From the human T2T-CHM13v2.0 reference genome, Homo sapiens, in the NCBI RefSeq assembly GCF_009914755.1, contig NC_060939.1: a DNA stretch of 64,000 nucleotides, one strand, 5' to 3'. Under the pieces are notes generated by a model, which saw nothing but the letters and a program-made list of their open reading frames with translations, was not told the origin of the DNA and did no database searches. Position 1 is the first letter of the stretch. Each line of letters starts with the position of its first letter. The position numbers and the translations under genes were made by a program. This document shows, piece after piece, positions 59,395 through 64,000 of the stretch.

Positions 59395-61300
59395 ATTTTA
59401 TACCTTCAGATGATTTCCTATTACTCATTAATTACCTTTACTTTCAGATTGAATAACTCCCTTTAGCATTTCTTGTAGGACAGGTCTGGTGTTGATAACA
59501 ATGTCTCAGCTTTCGTTTGTCTGGAAAAGTCTTTATTTCTTATTCATGTTTCAAGGATAACTTTGCTAGATAACTATTCTAGGATAAAAGTTTATTTCCT
59601 TCAGCACTTTAAATATGTCATCCCACTCTCTCCTAGACTGTAACGTTTCTGCTAAGAAGTCTGCTTTCAGAAGTATTGAAACTCTTTTGTATGTAATTTG
59701 CTTTTTTCTTGCTGCTTTTAGGATCCTTTCTTTATCTTTGATCTTTGTAGTTTGATTATTAAATGCCTTGAGGGGGTCTTCTTTGGGTTAAACCTACTTG
59801 CTGTTCTATACCCTTCTTGTACTTGAATATTGGTATCTCTCTCTAGGTTTGTAAAGTTCTTTGTTATTATTCCTTTGAATAAACTTTCTACCCATATCTC
59901 TCTCTCTACCTCCTCTTTAAGATCAATAACTCTTACATTTGCCCATTTGAGGATATTTTTTACATCTTGGAGGCATGCTTTGTTCTTTTTAATTCTCTTT
60001 TATTTCGTCTGCTCTGACTGTATTTTCAAATAGCCTGTCTTCAAGCTCAATAATTGTTTCTTCTGCTTTATCCGTTCTGCCATTGAGAGACTCTGATGCA
60101 TTCTTCAGTATGTCAGTTAAAGTTTTCACCTCCAAAATTTCTGCTTGATTTTTTAACATTTTTCAATCTGTTTGTTAAATTTATCTGATAGGATTCAGAA
60201 TTCCTTCTCTATGTTATAGTGAATTTAATTTAGCTTCCTCAAAACAGCTATTTTGAAATCTCTGTCTAAAAGGTCACATGTCTCTGTTTCTCCAAGATTG
60301 GTCCCTGGTGACTTATTTAGTTCATTTGGTGAGGTCATGTTTGTCTGGGTGATCTTGATGCTTATAGATGTCTGACTGTGCCTGGGCATTAAAGAGTTAG
60401 ACATTTACTGCAGTCTTCACAGTCTGGACTTGTTTGTACCTGTCCTTCTTGGGGAGGCTTTCCAAGTATTCAAAAGGAATTGAGTGTTGTGATCTAAATC
60501 TTTGGTCACTGCAGCTGTATCTGGATTAGGGGACACCCCAAGCTCAGTAACACTGTGACTCTTGCAGATTGTAGAGTTACCACCTGGGTGGTCTGAGATA
60601 ATTCCTTGGATTGCCAGGTAGAGGCTCTTGTTCTCTTCCTTTACTTTCCCCAAAACAAACGGAGTCTCTCTCTCCATGCCGCACTGCCTGGAGCTGGTGG
60701 AGATGTAACACAAGCACCCTTGTGGCCACCAACACTGGGACCGCACTGGGTCAGACCAGAAGCCAGCACAGCATTGGGTCTTGCCCAAGGCCTATGGTGA
60801 CCGCTGCCTGGCTATCACCAATGTTTTCAAGGCCCAAGCGCTCTTCAGTCAGCAGGTGGCAAATCCAGACATGCTTGTGTCCTTCCCTTCAGGGTGATGA
60901 GCTCCCCACCGGCCCAGGGTGGATCCAGAAATGCTATCCAGAAACCAGGGCTTGGAGTCAGAACCTTAGGAATCTACCTGGTGCTCTAGTCTACTGTGGC
61001 TGAGCTGGGACCCAAGCTGCAAGACAAAGATTTTTCCCACTCTTCCCTTTCCTTTCTATATATAGAAGGAGTCTCTCCCCATGGCCACCACCACCCCAGG
61101 CCCTTGGCAAGTACAACCTGGCTACGGCTGATGTTCACTCAAGGCCCAAGGGCTCTCCAGTCAGCTTGTGGGTGAACAATGTCAGGCCTGGGACTCACCC
61201 TGCAGGGCAGCAGGCTTCTCTCTGGCCCAGGATGGGTCCAGAAATGCCATCCAGGAGCCAAAAACCTGGAATTAGGGACCCCAGGAGCCCATTTTGTTGA
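59395..61300 (-). mobile_element. Old L1 (L1M/L1PB-type) 5'UTR and ORF1 region
   Basis: Reverse L1 ORF1-region motifs (ctttagcatttcttgtaggacaggtctggtg; cagcactttaaatatgtcatcccactctc; tcaaatagcctgtcttcaagctc) followed by GC-richer 5'UTR-like repeats (caaggcccaag x2). Confidence 0.8.
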
Positions 61301-61459
61301 GACTCTAGATTCTGGAAACCCCGGCTTCTCCTGTTTTTCCCTCTCACCCTACAGGCAGTAGCTGCTTCCTGCAGTGTTGCTTTCTATGTTCACTCAACAT
61401 TGCCTTTTCACTTTTGCAGTCCTCCAGCACCAATTTAACCGATTCCCTTTATTAAATTA

Positions 61460-62203
<744 letters not shown>

Positions 62204-63042
62204 CTGTTAAATGAATAGCCAGTGGGTTTCTATTTTCCTGACTTATAAAGAAATTAAATAATTTACTCAAGGACATGCAACAAGGAAATGACAGAATTAG
62301 AATTCAAACTAGCTCCACTGAACTTCAGAGGTCCAGCTGTCACCTCCCACCCTGAGAGCTGCTCTGTGGCTGGCTTAGAGGCTGTGAGAGAAAAGAGACA
62401 CATGTCTGTCTGCATCACATCTCTGTCACTAGCTTTATTCTAGAATCCTCTTTCAAAGACAAAAATATCTTTACAATAATTAAAAACAACCTTAAAGAAA
62501 AAATGACTACTGGCATGTGAAATGGTTTAAGTATGGTACATTCCAAAAGTGCTTGAGGGTGATTACTTTTAATGCTAATTAAAAGTAATCTGAATTCTTG
62601 AAACAAGAATATTTCTTATAGGCCAGTACAGTCATTAGAATGAAGTTACATTTCACAGTATTCAATATTTTAAGGGAAAATTCATAACTTTATACTAATG
62701 CACGTATTTATAGTATACTCCAGATCATAATTAGTTGCCTAAAGGAGAAATAGCTTAAAGATCTATGTGATAGATATTGTATAGCTTCTCCAGCTTATGC
62801 ACTTTAGAATGTGGGAAACCTAGAGTGCAGTATGGTGTCGAATAAAGCATTGCAGAGAAAAGCTGAAGCTTTTATCTCATCTGGATCTAGAATGGGAGCC
62901 CTGTTCCACTTCCCACTTCTCCACCAAGCCTGGAGCCTATTTCATCTGTCAATACCTACTTCATAGTCTTAAAAGTGAGGCCTATGAATGGACAATGGCT
63001 AACACAGAGAAGACACTTAATGTATTTTATAGTTATTCTTAT

Positions 63043-63072
63043 GCACACACACACACACACACACACACACAC
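63043..63072. repeat. (CA)n microsatellite
   Basis: About 14 CA units. Confidence 0.95.
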
Positions 63073-63271
63073 CACCAAATGTTTTGTAAAGTATAAAAGT
63101 CATATTGAATGAAACATACCATGTACAGGATGAGGAGATAAATTATTCTAAAGATGCAACTCTTTATTAAGTTCCTGTTGAAATTTAATGCAACCCAAAT
63201 AAAAATTTCAAAGAATTTCTGTAGCATTCAGTAATCCCATTTTTTAAATGGGATTACCGAATGTGCATTAC

Positions 63272-63545
63272 AGCAGCTCACACCAGTAATTCCAGCACTT
63301 TGGAAGACCAAGGAAGGAGGATCGCCTGAAGTCAGGAGTTTGAGACCAGCCTGGGCAGCAAAACAAGACCCTATCTCTACAAGAAAATAGCTGTGTGCGG
63401 TGGTACGTACCTGTAAGTCCCAGCTACTTGGGAGGCTGAGGCGGGAGGATCACTTCAGCTTAGGAGTTCAAGGCTGCAGTGAGCTATGATCATACCACTG
63501 CACTCCAGCCTGGGCAACGGAGCAAGACCTTATCTCAAAAACAAA
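63272..63545 (+). mobile_element. AluJ
   Basis: ggaggatcgcctgaagtcaggagtttgagacc; gagttcaaggctgcagtgagctatgatc. Confidence 0.88.
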
Positions 63546-64000
63546 GTTCTTTAAAGTGCTAATTAAGAGGGAAATACCCAAAGCAGAAAGATAAAGCCCT
63601 CTCTAATCCTATCTGCTAGAAGTAACCACTGTTAACCGACTGGCAAATACTCTTAGACTTTTCTCTATATATACACAAATACACCTGTAACCTCATCTGT
63701 AGCTATTATTGTAGGAGGGTGAGTTTGTTCCACCTATAACCACAGGGTTTCTATTACGCATTAAGCACATATGAATCATCCAGAACTGTGTGTAAAGAGT
63801 CCTGGATCTGAGCAGGGAACCCGTAAACCTAGAAGCATCCTTATCCTCTTTCTCCACACCCCTGCCCAAACACGCACATGGCACAGTGGAACCCTTCTGC
63901 TCCCAGTGGGATCAGCCTGGACTCTGGGAGTTAAGTGATCAGTCACCAGTGTGTGGCCTGGGTTTTGGCTTCTCTGTTCTACTGATAAAAGCCACTACAT

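Overview
Primate (almost certainly human) non-coding genomic DNA rich in interspersed repeats, with no intact protein-coding gene. The ORF track is explained by Alu, L1 and SVA frames or by chance. Two sequence anchors, both recognised from memory and needing BLAT confirmation, point to chromosome 15q22.2 next to a GOLGA-type duplicon. The first is an isolated spliceable exon of a UBE2Q2 pseudogene (8231-8297, minus). The second is the mature miR-8067 sequence in a hairpin (30740-30761, minus). Other content: about 30 Alus (three Alu-in-Alu nests); a 5'-inverted L1PA that breaks off into half an Alu; a 3.6-kb L1MA with TSDs; a full-length short-VNTR SVA with TSDs; solo LTRs (THE1A, LTR2, LTR7); MER82, MER5A and MADE1 elements; and a hAT transposase fossil with a MER53-like end. 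The most interesting structure is at about 20.6-25 kb. It is an orphan, CDS-less copy of what I recognise as the CBX5 (HP1alpha) 3'UTR, carrying back-to-back divergent ERV LTRs: LTR2 minus with an octamer and LTR7 plus with the ACAAAAGA SOX-type motif. Also notable are a near-perfect 30-bp-stem hairpin at 29799-29874 and a 118-bp inverted templated duplication (35469-35586 vs 41428-41545). I see no prokaryote-style system such as CRISPR or an operon. The candidate systems reported are regulatory or RNA hypotheses.
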